Source: Eledone cirrhosa
Taxonomy: Eukaryota
Direction: 5' to 3'
NCBI GenBank assembly: GCA_964016885.1
Contig: OZ024750.1
Coordinates: forward strand, 42,656,001 to 42,720,000
Length of the DNA: 64,000 nt
Part shown: positions 25,695 through 38,610 of the stretch, in pieces
Numbering within the stretch: the stretch's first letter is position 1
How the letters are laid out: each line of letters opens with the position of its first letter
Translations under genes and position numbers: made by a program
Notes under the pieces: generated by a model
Told to the model about the DNA's origin: nothing
Seen by the model: only the letters and a program-made list of their open reading frames with translations
Database searches by the model: none

Positions 25695-27412
25695 CTACCT
25701 GTTCGGCTCCTGAGGAGCAGGTTGCACAATATCCATGGGCGTATTGGAGGGGTTGTTTGGTGGGGTGTTGTTCTGTGGTGGAGTGGGGGTGTTTGGTGAG
25801 GTGTGGGTGGGGAAACGTTTCAAGAGGACGCGGTTATAGGGTCGAGTACATGTTTTCCTCACGTCCTCAGGAAAGTTCTCTCTTAGTTTTGCATAGGTGT
25901 CCATTGGGAGTCTTATCATTTTTAAATGCGGTTTGTTGGCCGCGCTTGCAAAGAATTGCCCTTCAGTTTCCACCGAAGGGTCTTTGTGTATTGTTTTTAC
26001 TAGTTCTTTGTTATTTGTGTTAATGTATGTATACTGTTTTATTTGTGTTGTGTTTGTTTGTTGTTCTTGTGTGTGCTTACGTTTTGTTGTATGTGTTATG
26101 TTTTGGGGTGGGGCGGATTTTGTTTGTTCTGTTTGTTTTGTTTTTGTTGGTGGTTGTGTGTTTGTTTCGTTTATGTTCGAGTGGTGCTTTCTTTTTTTCC
26201 TTTTTACAGGTTGGAAGGGTTCCCCCTCTTCGTCACTAGGTGCCGTTTCAGCTGGGTCCTCGTCCGTGCTGTCGGGTAGTGGTGTATTTTGGGGTTTTGT
26301 TGTATTTGTGTGTGTTTTGGGAGTTGTTTTGGGTGGGGCCGTGTCTTGTGTTATTTTTCCGTGTTGTTTTTGTTGTTGTTGTGGTGGTGGTGGTGGCGGT
26401 GGTGGTGTGTGGGGTGTAGGCAAAATAGCCTTTTTTTTGTCAATTGAGGACAAGCAGCCCTTAGATGACCCCTGCTTGAACAGTAGTAACATATGGGCCT
26501 CCTACCCTCGGCTGAAATGTATATAAATGTTTCTCCATCGAGGGACACCCTCTGTGGTATTCTAGCTATTCGTTCTGGTCTCATTTGGACCAGAACCTCC
26601 ACGCTCAAACCGCCGAAAACGTCTGTGGTGACTTCTCCTACTGAGAGGATTCCGTCCTCGTCTTCTAAAAATCCTGTTAGTACCCAGGAAATGCATGCAT
26701 TTGGCCGGATTCCGGAGACCCTTATTTTCTGCGTTCTTTTCCCTAAATATGTGGGGAAAAATGTATGTAGCTTGGAAACAATTGGCGCCACAGAGTATTT
26801 CCTGGCCGTCAATTGATCCTTCATTAGGACCGTTATATTCCCATAGAGTGGCCCTTTTTGTATGAACGATATATCATTCCACACATTTTTTAGGACCAGC
26901 TCAATCTCTTTTTGGGATAATTGAGCTGGTTTCCTTGTTATGTTGGAAATTGTTCTGAAAGATATCGTTCTTAGCGTCGTGTCTCTTTTGATTTCTTGTG
27001 GGGAGGTGATTGTGAAGTCTCCTCCTTCTTTGAAAGTTACATACTGTTTCGCTTCCTTCATCTTTTCTCTCAGAGTTGTAATGTCCAGTTGCTTGCAGGT
27101 TTGTGTTTTCCGGACCGCCTGTGCAAAGGAGGCACCAGTAGTGGGTTCGCTTTGTTTGGTGTTATCGTTATTTTTTCCTTGGTTGGTGTTGTGACTATTG
27201 CTGTTATTGTCGTTGTTGTTTTTGTCTGCGTTTATGTGACTTTCTGGGTTTTCACCCATTTTTACAAATTTTTCTTTTAATTCCGTGTTCCATGTTTCTT
27301 TTGCAGAAGTGAGGAGGGAAGACTTAGAGCCTTGTGCTTCTAGCTTCTCTGTATCACCTTTCTTAGGGGGCGTGGCTTTCACGTTAGGATGAGATGTGAA
27401 AATTCCGTCCAT
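25695..27412 (-). pseudogene. LINE ORF1 with CCHC knuckle; frameshift at the A8 run 26431-26438
   Basis: ATG at 27412 (MDGIFTSHP); CYYCSSRGHLRAAC; the -1 frame continues Pro/Thr/Lys-rich with KRKKRK and stops just before the ORF2 ATG. Confidence 0.8.
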
Positions 27413-28069
27413 TTCTATTAGTTTGCCGTAATAAGTTTTTAACTGGAAAATTCGCCCCCAAAAGGGGCGAAAATAAATAAACTCAAAGTTTGACGACCAA
27501 GGCAAGGGGTTAACATATATTACAGTATAAAAAAATTAATCAAAACTCACTTTTGAGTAAGTAAATCCGACTCGGTAGCCGAGCTTGTTCACACACGTCA
27601 ACACACGTCTCTCGTATACGAGATGTTATGTGAGATATTATGTGAGGTAAAGTCTTTACCATTAAAATACAATAGTATATATAGAGTAATGTAAATGTTA
27701 TGTGAGATATTATGTGAGGTAAAGTATTTACCATTAAAATACAATAGTATATATAGAGTAATGTAAATGTTATGTGAGATATTATGTGAGGTAAAGCCTT
27801 TACTGTGAAAATACAATAGTATATATAGAGTAATGTAAATGGTAAAGGGTTAATAATTTTAGTAAATCCCACAGAATTCTTCATTAATTGAAATGTAGAA
27901 TATTTCTTTAGAAATATAATCACGAAAGAGTTGAAGTGTTTTCCTTTGAATATTAATTTTGACATTTAAAATAAAAATAATTTACTCTTAACATCTCACA
28001 CGGTCTTAGAGAACTCTGGAACCATACTTAGATTGGTAGACAGAACAGTAACTGTACAATAGAAATGTA

Positions 28070-28209
28070 CCATCATCATCATCATCATTCTCATCATCAT
28101 TGTTAGCATCATTGTTATCATCATCATCATCATCACCATCATTACCATTACCATTATCATTGCCATCACCATCATCATCATCACCATCATCACCATTATC
28201 ATCATCATT

Positions 28210-28255
<46 letters not shown>

Positions 28256-28292
28256 CCATCATCATCATCATCGTTGTCGTCATCATCATCAT
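28070..28292. repeat. (CAT/CAC)n microsatellite
   Basis: Simple repeat. Confidence 0.95.
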
Positions 28293-28478
28293 CTATCATG
28301 CTAGAGTTGTCTTAGATAATAGTTGAAACAAAACAATGTTTATCACTGACAGTAAAATGTTTGAATGATTCCTTGTCAAGTTGAAAAAATGACTGAGTGA
28401 TGAATTTTCCTAATTGTATTTATAAGAACTAAATATTTTTATCAATGAAATACATATCCATTTTCACGAAATTCTATT

Positions 28479-28706
28479 TTACCCCATTAGCATTTAAACA
28501 GGCTGTCTCCAGCCAGAATTCTCTCACCTCTTTCTGTTCAAACTGGCCATAACTGGCCGCTCATACGGTTGTTAAGGTATTGTTGTCAAAGTAAATAATA
28601 TCAAAATCTTGTAAATTCGATATTATGTGAGATATTATGTGAGGTAAAGCCTTTACCACGAAAATACAATAGTATATATAGAGTAATGTAATTGGTAAAG
28701 GGTTAA
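28479..28706 (+). mobile_element. Uninterrupted copy of the TTAA MITE (~225 bp)
   Basis: CCCCATTAGCATTTAAAC ... TTGGTAAAGGG-TTAA, with single copies of both internal modules. Confidence 0.8.
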
Positions 28707-28712
28707 TGTTTT

Positions 28713-28858
<146 letters not shown>

Positions 28859-28912
28859 CGTTTCTGAATTTGTTTAGCAAGATTCTTTATCTGAAATCGT
28901 GTGTTGAAACCG

Positions 28913-29131
28913 ATATTGTTATACTTTGGGAGGGTCATGTTGCCAATAAGAATGAAGAGGTCACAGAGTGTGTGATGAAAGAACTATGACAATATATAAA
29001 CAACTATCTGGTTGTGGAACCAACCAACCAACCAGAAATTTATAAATTTATTATAAATTTATTATAATAAATTGAAGTGAAAGCAACTGGTGCGTGTGTT
29101 TCTTATTGGCAACATGACCCTCCCAAAGTAT

Positions 29132-29139
<8 letters not shown>
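28913..29139. repeat. 40-bp perfect inverted repeat, ~147-bp spacer, between (TA)n tracts
   Basis: ATATTGTTATACTTTGGGAGGGTCATGTTGCCAATAAGAA at 28913-28952; its reverse complement at 29100-29139. Confidence 0.93.
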
Positions 29140-29193
<54 letters not shown>

Positions 29194-29276
29194 AGATTTG
29201 AATGGATACAGTTTAGTTGAAAGGAATTTATTGACACGTGTTTCTATAACAGTTACATAACCTAAAACAGCTGCTA

Positions 29277-29351
<75 letters not shown>

Positions 29352-29357
<6 letters not shown>

Positions 29358-29660
29358 CAAGAAAGAAGAGTGACATGGTTTGTTATACAATAAGAGCTTT
29401 ATTCACATTGCTGACAATTGTTTCTTTGATCTGGTAGATCTAGAGTTCGCTATTCGCTTGGTGTTGCGCCAATCGATCTCCAATACTTTGTTTATAACCA
29501 GTCGTTTTCATCAGAGCACGCGAAGTATTGGAGATAGTTTGGCACAACACCAAGTGGATAGCGAACTCTAGACCTACCAGATCAAAGAAACAATTGTCAG
29601 CAAAGTGATTAAAAACCTTTATTGTATAGCGAACCATGTCACTCTTCTTTCTTGAATTAT
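29352..29660. repeat. Imperfect ~137-bp inverted repeat with 34-nt loop
   Basis: Arms 29352-29488 and 29523-29660, with scattered mismatches. Confidence 0.93.
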
Positions 29661-30167
29661 TATTACTCCAAGTATAAACTACATAGAAATCACTGCGAAC
29701 TCGCAACATCACTATGGAAACGTCTTGTTGAGTCAAACTAAGCCACACGTTAATACCATCCACTACACGGAGTACTCTAACTGGACTACATCTAAGTGGA
29801 CTGCCTACAACGATAACCTGTTATCCCGTATATATATATATATATATATAACAAAGAGGGTGTGGTAAGATACCAGGTGGACAATAACGCACCAGAGTAC
29901 TCGATACTTGGGGTAGTAGATGGATCTAGCTGTCGAAATGGCCGGAGCTCAGCCATCGGGATCCTAAATATTTCCATACACACACATATATATATATACG
30001 GGATAGCAGGTTATCGTTGTAGGCAGTCCACTTAGATGTAGTCCAGTTAGAGTACTCCGTGTAGTGGATGGTATTAACGTGTGGCTTAGTTTGACTCAAC
30101 AAGACGTTTCCATAGTGATGTTGCGAGTTCGCAGTGATTTCTATGTAGTTTATACTTGGAGTAATAA
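29660..30167. repeat. ~170-bp inverted repeat (1 mismatch by eye), ~165-bp spacer
   Basis: Arms 29660-29830 and 29997-30167; the ORF track shows identical peptides on opposite strands. Confidence 0.95.
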
Positions 30168-30169
30168 CA

Positions 30170-30643
<474 letters not shown>

Positions 30644-31019
30644 ACCCTTGCAAGCAGGGAAGAGCAGACGTAAAATGATGATGATATATATATATATATA
30701 TATGTATATGTATATATATCCATTGTGTATGGTTGTCTGTCAATGTGAATGATTAACTATTTGTGAATATTATTGCAATGCAACACAATCTATACTATAA
30801 GCTATAAAGATTCACATCCAAGTAAAATTATACTCCACTGTTATTAATATTTCAAACGTCAAATACTCCATCAGTGGCAAAACAAGACATGAACATTATA
30901 CATAAGTCCGCTATTTATAGAAGTTTCGGCCATCATAAATTTTGATGGAAAAATTTACAAAATAAATGAACAAACATCGAAATAATCTGTCGGTTTATTT
31001 ATTTTTGTTTTGGATAAAC

Positions 31020-31270
31020 AGGTAGGAGACCCAGGCGTAGTCTCTGAGCAAGATGGTTGGATAACATACATGAGCTTGGCTGGTCTTGCTTGGGGACCCA
31101 ACAGATCAGTCGGAGATGGTTGCTTCTGACAGGACTCGCTGGAAGGAGTGTTAGGGGTCTCTGCCCCCACGACACTTACAGGACCAGCTGGAGGGCGTGT
31201 TAGGGGACTCTGCCCCCATGATCCTCCCAAGAAGAAGAAGAAGAAAAAGGTGAAGAAGATGAAGAAGATG
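31020..31270 (+). mobile_element. RTE 3'-end fragment with (GAA)n tail
   Basis: Matches the 20460-20580 and 47470-47635 copies (GGAGACCCAGG..GAGCAAGATGGTTGGATAACA). Confidence 0.75.
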
Positions 31271-31283
31271 GACCTATAAACTA

Positions 31284-31690
31284 ACATGTGGTATGTGCTA
31301 GTTACCATGTAGTATGTGCTAGTTACCATGTGGTATGTGCTAGTTACTATGTGGTATGTGCTAGTTACTATGTGGTATGTGCTAGTTACCATGTGGTATG
31401 TGCTAGTTACTATGTGGTATGTGTTAGTTACCATGTGGTATGTGCTAGTTACTATGTGGTATGTGCTAGTTACCATGTAGTCTGTGCTAGTTACTATGTG
31501 GTATGTGCTAGTTACCATGTGGTATGTGCTAGTTACTATGTGGTATGTGCTAGTTACCATGTGGTATGTGCTAGTTACCATGTAGTATGTGCTAGTTACC
31601 ATGTAGTATGTCCTAGTTACCATGTAGTATGTGCTAGTTACCATGTGGTATGTGCTAGTTACCATGTGGTATGTGCTAGTTACCATGTAG
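31284..31690. repeat. 21-bp minisatellite, ~19 units
   Basis: ATGTGGTATGTGCTAGTTACC. Confidence 0.95.
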
Positions 31691-31847
31691 AGATTCACTG
31701 TTAATAAATGTTTCTTCATGACAGGATATTTACCGAAAATTCCAAATTCTACTTGACTTTTAGTCTTACTAGCTGTCAAAATAAGTACCACTGCAATACT
31801 GCTATATATAGTATCTACAATATGTTATATGTGGGTCAGGTATTACG

Positions 31848-32018
31848 ACAGTGAAAATATCGATGGCCCCTATAACAATTATGATAGTGAAAATATCGAT
31901 GGCCCCTATAACAATTGCAATAGTGAAAATATCGATGGCCCCTATAACAATTGCGATAGTGAAAATATCGATGGCCCCTATAACAATTGCGATAGTGAAA
32001 ATATCGATGGCCCCTACA
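31848..32018. repeat. 36-bp minisatellite, ~4.7 units
   Basis: GATAGTGAAAATATCGATGGCCCCTATAACAATTGC. Confidence 0.95.
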
Positions 32019-32249
32019 ATTAACATACTTTTCTCAGGGAGCTTAAATTGTATGTTTATGAAAAAGGTGTATATATATGTTATATTCAAGAACAACAAAT
32101 AATAATAATACATAGTATATTATTGATTTGTTAATCCACACTGACAGCGCATGCACTGTTATATAAATTAGACATTTAGTGCTTTCATCATTTACAAAAC
32201 TTATCAACATAGAAAATGCTGTGTAGTGTTCTATTAATAAAAGAATAAA

Positions 32250-32322
<73 letters not shown>

Positions 32323-32505
32323 CTAAGGGATAGATTAATGATATGTATATAAATAGTGAGAGAGTGAAGAATAACATGGTCAACAGTACAAAAAGGGTTT
32401 TATTGACAACGCCGTACGTTAAAACTATCCACAATACAGAGTAGTTACAATCTTGTTATCCCATATATATATATATATGTATATATATATGTATATATAT
32501 ATATG

Positions 32506-32552
<47 letters not shown>

Positions 32553-32553
32553 G

Positions 32554-32606
<53 letters not shown>

Positions 32607-32639
32607 GTATATATATATATGTATATATATGTATATATA

Positions 32640-32963
32640 TCATCATTTCATCATCATTTCATTTTACGTCCGCTTTTTCCCTGCTTGCAAGGGTGGGACG
32701 GGAACTGATTCTGGCTTGATTTCTACAGCTGGATGCCCTTCCTAACACCAACCTCATTTACAGTGAGTGCTGGGTGCTTTTTTGCTGTGGCACCTGCACG
32801 ACCAGTTTGCAGTGGAATGATAGGGACCCCAGTCCCTATCATCTCATTTCTACAGCTGAGTAAACTGGAGCAATGTGAAATAAAGTGTCTTGCTCAAGGA
32901 AACAACACATAACCTGGTCTGAGAATTGAACTCACAACCTTTCGATTAAGCCATGTGCCTCCA
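32640..32963 (-). mobile_element. SINE family A
   Basis: Reverse complement of 2727-3070 with a short deletion in the tRNA head. Confidence 0.85.
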
Positions 32964-32971
32964 TTTTAAAT

Positions 32972-33033
<62 letters not shown>

Positions 33034-33354
33034 ATTTAAAATATATATGTAGAGAGAGAATAATATATCGTTCGAGAAACACACAGTATTTTGTCCACAT
33101 ATAAAGCAAATAATATTCTGAAAAATATAAATACTTTAATGTGGAAGGAGTCATTTCTTCTTTACAGTACTGTTTCATAGTCCAAAAAATCGAAGCGAAC
33201 AATCGATCTTCCTAAACGACTATTGATTTTGGTAAAGTAACGAAAGACAAGGATCTAATCATATATACAGTGCAAGGTCAACATAAACAGTGTAAAAAGA
33301 AAACTTTGCAATTGCAAAAAGTGTCATTAGGTTAACGCTTGTCTGAAATTTTAA

Positions 33355-33385
33355 AAACGTTTCGGACATTAGTCCTTCGTCGGAA
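33355..33385 (-). ncRNA. Degenerate minimal hammerhead core (Penelope-like)
   Basis: CCGACGA-A-GGAC-TAAT-GTCC-GAAACGTT: perfect stem II, palindromic AACGTT stem III, U4 changed to C. Confidence 0.45.
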
Positions 33386-33447
33386 AAAAAGGAAGAAAAG
33401 TTAGAAAACATGATGAAAGTATAGAATTTATTATATATATATATATA

Positions 33448-33633
33448 TTTGTTTCTACTTTAGGCACAAGGCCAGCAATTACCCAGTTCATTACTGGTAC
33501 TTTATTTTATCGACCCCGTAAGGATGAAAGGCAAAGTCAACCTCGGCAGGATTTGAACTCAGATCGTAAAGGGACGTAACTATGCTGGAAAGCATGGCGT
33601 CCGACCCTCTACCGATACTGCCAATCCACCGCC
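33448..33633 (-). mobile_element. SINE family B
   Basis: Reverse complement of 21192-21380. Confidence 0.85.
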
Positions 33634-33636
33634 TTG

Positions 33637-35035
33637 GTATGTATGTATGTATGTATGTATGTAAGTATTTATATGTGTATGTATGTATGTATATGTGTGT
33701 GTATGTATGTATATGTGTATGTATGTGTGTTTGTATGTGTGTATGAGCACACACCTATGTGTGTGTGTGAGTGTGTGTGCATGTATGTGCATGTATGTGC
33801 ATGTGTTTGTGTGCACGTGTATATGTTTGTGTGCATATGGGTTTGCATGGGTGTGCATGTACACATCTGTGTTCATGAGTGAGCATGTGCATATGTTTGT
33901 GTGCATGCGTGTGTGTTCATATTGTGTGTGTATCAGTGTGCATGTGCATATGTTTGTATGCATGGGTGTGCATGTACATATTTGTGTGTATATGTGTGTG
34001 CCTGTACATGTGTTTGTATGCATGTGTGTGTGTTCATACATGTGTGTGCATATGTTTGTGTGTGTGTAAGGGACTGCATGTGTATAAGTGTGTGCAGAGG
34101 CATGCATGTGTATGTGTGTGCATGTACATGTTAGTGTGCATGTGTATGCATGTGCATGTGTATGTATGTGTATGCATGTGCATATGTGTGTGCATGTGTG
34201 GACCCCTGTGTGTGTGTGACCCCTGTGTGTGTGTGGACCCCTGAGTGTGGACCCCTGTGTGTGTGTGACCCCTGTGTGTGTGTGGACCCCTGAGTGTGGA
34301 CCCCTGTGTGTGTGAACCCCTGTGTGTGTGAACCTCTGTGTGTGGACCCCTGGGTGTGTGAACCTGTGTGTGTGTGGACCCGTGTGTGTGGACCCCTGTG
34401 CGTGGACCCCTGTGTGTGTGGACCTGTGTGTGGACCCCTGTGTGGACCCCTGTGTGTGGATCCCTGTGTGTGTGTGTGGACCTGCGTGTGTGAACCTTTG
34501 TGTATGTGGACCCCTGTGTGTGGACCCCTGTGTGGACCCCTGTGTGTGTGGACCCCTGTGTGTGAACCCCTGTGTGTGGACCCCTGTGTGTGTGGACCCC
34601 TGTGTGTGTGGATCCCTGTGTGTGTGTGTGGACCTGCGTGTGTGAACCTCTGTGTGTGTGGACCCCTGTGTGTGGACCCCTGTGTGTGTGAACCCCTGTG
34701 TGTGGACCCCTGTGTGTGTGGACCCCTGTGTGTGTGGACCCCTGTGTGTGAACCCCTGTGTGTGTGAACCCCTGTGTGTGGACCCCTGTGTGTGTGGACC
34801 CCTGTGTGTGTAAACCCCTGGGTGTGGATCCCTGTGTGTGTGTGGACCCCTGTGTGTGTGGACCCCTGTGTGTGTGAACCCCTGTGTGTGGACCCCTGTG
34901 TGTGTGGACCCCTGTGTGTGTGGACCCCTGTGTGTGGACGCCTGTGTGTGTGAACCCCTGTGTGTGGACGCCTGTGTGTGTGAACCCCTGTGTGTGGACC
35001 CGTGTGTGTGGATACACGTGTTGCACACACACACA
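33637..35035. repeat. (TG/CATG)n degenerate microsatellite followed by (TG)nGACCCC minisatellite from ~34195
   Basis: GGACCCC/GAACCCC anchors separated by variable TG runs. Confidence 0.95.
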
Positions 35036-35061
35036 GAGTTATTTATACACAGATCTACATA

Positions 35062-35250
35062 TAATTGTTTCTACTTTTGGCACAAGGCCAGCAATTAACC
35101 CCAGTGCATTACTGGTACTTTATTTTGTTGACCTCGTAAGGATGAAAGGTAAAGTTAACCTCGGCGGGATTTGAACTTAGCGTAAAGGGCCGTCACTATG
35201 CTGCAAAGCATGGTGTCCGACCCTCTACTGATACTGCCAATCCACTGCCC
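35062..35250 (-). mobile_element. SINE family B
   Basis: Same core and tail as the other family B copies. Confidence 0.85.
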
Positions 35251-35515
35251 TCAGATCTACATATAATACTACATAAATGACTGGGAGTGTGAGATAAGCC
35301 ACTTAATATTTTGATAGAAAGTTTGACTCTTAAACTGTTAGTTTGCTGGGTAAAGATGTGAACCCCTCCAGGTGCTCACCAAATATTTGACACTGAGAGG
35401 AGAGCTTGGTGAGTACAATACTATAAAACATTAGTTTCCCAGACTGTGTAGAGTCTGGAACCTTTTAAAAGACATGCACGGATGTTTCTACCACCAGTGC
35501 TTCAGAGATATAATA

Positions 35516-35708
35516 CAGGGTGTGTCAAAAAGATAGGCTTTTTGAAGCAGACAGAAAGGCATGTAAATATTTTAAAATAACTTTATAAAGATTATAAATA
35601 AAACTTTATATTCAGACATGTATTGTACAAGTTACCACATGATTATATTGTCATTAGTTTAAAAAATATAGACTTTTGAAATCAGATGATTCTTTTTGAT
35701 ACACCCTG
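35516..35708. mobile_element. Tc1/mariner-type MITE with TA target duplication
   Basis: TA-CAGGGTGTGTCAAAAAGA ... TCTTTTTGATACACCCTG-TA; TIR matches 17/18. Confidence 0.85.
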
Positions 35709-35757
35709 TATGTCTTAATGTTAGTTTTATATTATAATTAGTGTTATTATGTCTTGT

Positions 35758-36060
35758 GAAGTGGATTGGTAGAATCCGTAGAGGGTCGGACGCCATGATT
35801 TGCAGAGTTACAGCCCTTTACGATCTGAGTTCAAATCCCACCGAGTTTAACTTTGCCTTTCATCCTTACAGGGTTGATAAAATAAAGCACCAGTAATGCA
35901 CTGGGTAATTGCTGGCCTGTGTCAAAAGTAGAAACAATTATATGTCTTGTGATGTGGTAAGAGAATTAGATTTACAATCGTGAGGTTGTGAGTTTGATTC
36001 ATGGACCAGGCAATGCATATGTCCTTCAGTAAGGCACTTTATTTCATGTTGCTCCTTCTG
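35758..36060 (+). mobile_element. SINE family B followed by a partial tRNA/CORE SINE head
   Basis: Similarity to the other copies in the window. Confidence 0.75.
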
Positions 36061-36329
36061 CCAGCAGCTGCAACTGTTAGATAATATCAGCAATGGAAAG
36101 ACCAATGGAAACATTGTTTTCTTGGTCTGATGTGATGCATTCCACCCAACTCAGTAAAAAAATGAGGTCTGGGATCTTGTCGACCATTCCTTATATGTCT
36201 TGTTTTGACTGGAACTATCCCAGAGTATCAATGCTGTCTTGGTATTTCCACAGTGAATATTTTTACAATGCTGAAAAGGGTTTATACATTTATGAAGGAT
36301 TGACTTTATCTAAAATAACTTTTTGTTGA

Positions 36330-37680
36330 CAGAGTAAAATGTGATCACAGTTCTTCAGAGTTCTCTGTGGCACATGATGGTAGGTTGGATATTAAAGACC
36401 ATTTGAAATCTCAGACACAAAGCCAGTTTTGTTGCTAGTTTGGCACAATTAAAAACTTTTTTTTAAATGTAAAAAATAATCAAATTGAAGCTTCTTGTTG
36501 CTGCTAAAGAAGTCACTTTTGTTTTTCATTCTGTTTCTCATTAAGTTAATTTTCAATACATCTAACTGTTGGTCAAAGTTGGTCTCAAAACATTTTGAGT
36601 CAAAGTTTCATCTAGAGTAAACAAAACATGAAATCATAATTTTAAATATAATTGTACCAATGACTATATCTGAACTAGCAGGGGTCAAATTGTACCAATG
36701 ACTATATCTGAACTAGCAGGGTCAAATTGTACCAATGACTATATCTGAACTAACTAAAATTCTAGCAGGAGTCAAATTGTACCAATGATTAAATCTGGAC
36801 TCGCTAAAATTCTAGCAGGGGTCAAATTTGGTGACATTTTCTATGGATGCTTTAAATTGAAAAGATGTTTAAATGATAGTTTTCATTATTCAATATTACA
36901 AGTAGTAGAAGTTAAATTTTGGGATATACCCACAGTTTCAGGTGAGACAGTCGAATCTTGACTAATACCTTAGTTTCAGTTATGGAAAAAGTTGTTAAAT
37001 TTTGTAGAGACAACTGTAATACAAGTTTTGGTGGTGTAAAACAAAAAGGTTAGAACAATATATTTAGCTGAAGACCAAACTAGAAATGATCCTTGCTGGC
37101 ATTGGCAGTGTTGCACAGAATTGATAATAGATCAACAGCTGTTGATTTATTACCAATTGATATTGAAGGGTTTATTGTTACACGGTTAAAAGAATTCTGT
37201 GATTTTGCCAGAGTGGACTAAAAAAAGCTATTATAACATGGAAATAGCAGATTTTTGTCAATACTACCAGTGGTTGAAAGAATTCTTAACAATTTGGTTG
37301 GCTTGAAATCCTACTTTTGTTCCCAAGAACACTGCAAGGCACTGATAAAACAATTCTTTGAAAATGATTTTGGAGAAATATGTTTATGGTTTGTATATGG
37401 ACAGCTTAGGCTTTCCTACAAATCGATTCTGGCTATGGAGGACAAGTTCAATACAGCAAATATTAAACTAGAAATGGAAAATCAGATTACAAATATAGAA
37501 CAAGAGAAAAAATTTTGATTTTGTGCCTGAAGATGTAAAGACCTTGTTGAGAAAACTTGAAGAAAAAAATGGTGGAAGCATTGAAAAATGAAGAAAGAAT
37601 TTAAAAGTTTTTATGAAAGATGTCTCTCATATTTAGACCTAGGGAAAGAAAACTTTGGACAAATAAAAGGACCAAAATAT
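36330..37680 (+). pseudogene. Decayed hAT-like transposase
   Basis: Fragments across frames in hAT order: FSVAHDGRLDIKDHLKS (BED-like), DNCNTSFGG, LPIDIE, RFLSILPVVERIL..LKSYF. Many stops and frameshifts; a local tandem duplication at 36650-36830. Confidence 0.65.
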
Positions 37681-37879
37681 AGACTAATTTAGTTAGAGTT
37701 AGTGAGGCAGTTGACTGCTGGTGATGGTGGTGGTGGTGACAGAGTTAGTAAGACAGTTGATATACAGTTGCTACTGCTACTGTCAAAGACTTTGGTTAAA
37801 TTCTGGAGTCCTATTTTGGCCCAGTGTTGAAATGTCTGCAAAGGATTGGAAAGCAAGTAGTAAATATTGTTACTGATTT

Positions 37880-38045
37880 AGGCCCAAGGTCAACAATTTT
37901 GGGGGAAGGGAAAGTCGATTAAATTGACCCCAGTACATTACTGGCACTTATTTTATCAATCCTGTAAGGATGAAAGACAAAGCTAGCCCCAACAGGATTT
38001 GAACTCAGATCATAAAGGGGTGCAACTCTATGCCATATACCATGG
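37880..38045 (-). mobile_element. SINE family B, diverged
   Basis: GGATGAAAGACAAAG..GGATTTGAACTCAG. Confidence 0.7.
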
Positions 38046-38289
38046 TATCCTTTACTAATATTGATCAAATATTAGATGAGGTTCTTATTGCAAAGATATT
38101 TGGGGCTTCTAAAGTTACTTTTCTTCATACTTAAAGTTCTGTATTACCCAAACAAAACTTTAAGCAGAAAATGGCAATTTTTTAAATTCTTTTTTTACTT
38201 ATTGCAAAGAAAGAGACATATTAGTAAAAGGTCTTAATACTGTAGTAGAATAAATTGTTTGGTACTTCCACACCAGTTGACTAAGTGTT

Positions 38290-38610
38290 CATCATCATCA
38301 TCATCATTTTCCCTGCTTGCAAGGGTGGGGCAGGAACTGACTCTGGCTTGATTTCTACAGCTGGATGCCAACCTCATTTACAGTGAGTGCTGGGTGCTTT
38401 TTTTTTTGCCGTGGCACCTACACCACCACTTTGCAGTGGAATGATATGGACCCCAGTCCCTATCATCTCATTTCTACAGCTGAGTAAACTGGAGCAATAT
38501 GAAATAAAGTGTCTTGCTCAATGAAACAACACATCACCCGGTGTGAGAATTGAACTCACAACCTTTCGATTGCAAGGCCAATGCTATAACCACTAAGCCA
38601 TGTGCCTCCA
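38290..38610 (-). mobile_element. SINE family A
   Basis: Reverse complement of 2727-3070; (CAT)n tail. Confidence 0.85.

Larger units (their letters stand above)
21999..27622 (-). mobile_element. Apparently full-length L1/Tx1-type LINE
   Basis: 5' UTR, ORF1 with zinc knuckle, ORF2 APE-RT-Zn finger, 3' UTR ending AATAAAGAAACC; both ends abut MITE-internal tandem units. Confidence 0.92.
21748..27853 (+). mobile_element. TTAA-flanked MITE (piggyBac-like ends) split by the LINE insertion
   Basis: Left end TTAA-CCTTTTAGCATTTA, right end TAAATGGTAAAGGG-TTAA; interior matches the uninterrupted copy at 28479-28706. Confidence 0.8.

Noticed and set aside
22363-27280. Plus-strand ORFs antisense to the LINE
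   Set aside because: Shadow ORFs of GC-richer coding sequence with no recognisable motifs.
30920-30950. CCATCA/TGATGG hairpin followed by GAAAC on the minus strand
   Set aside because: No CUGANGA box, so it is not counted as a hammerhead.
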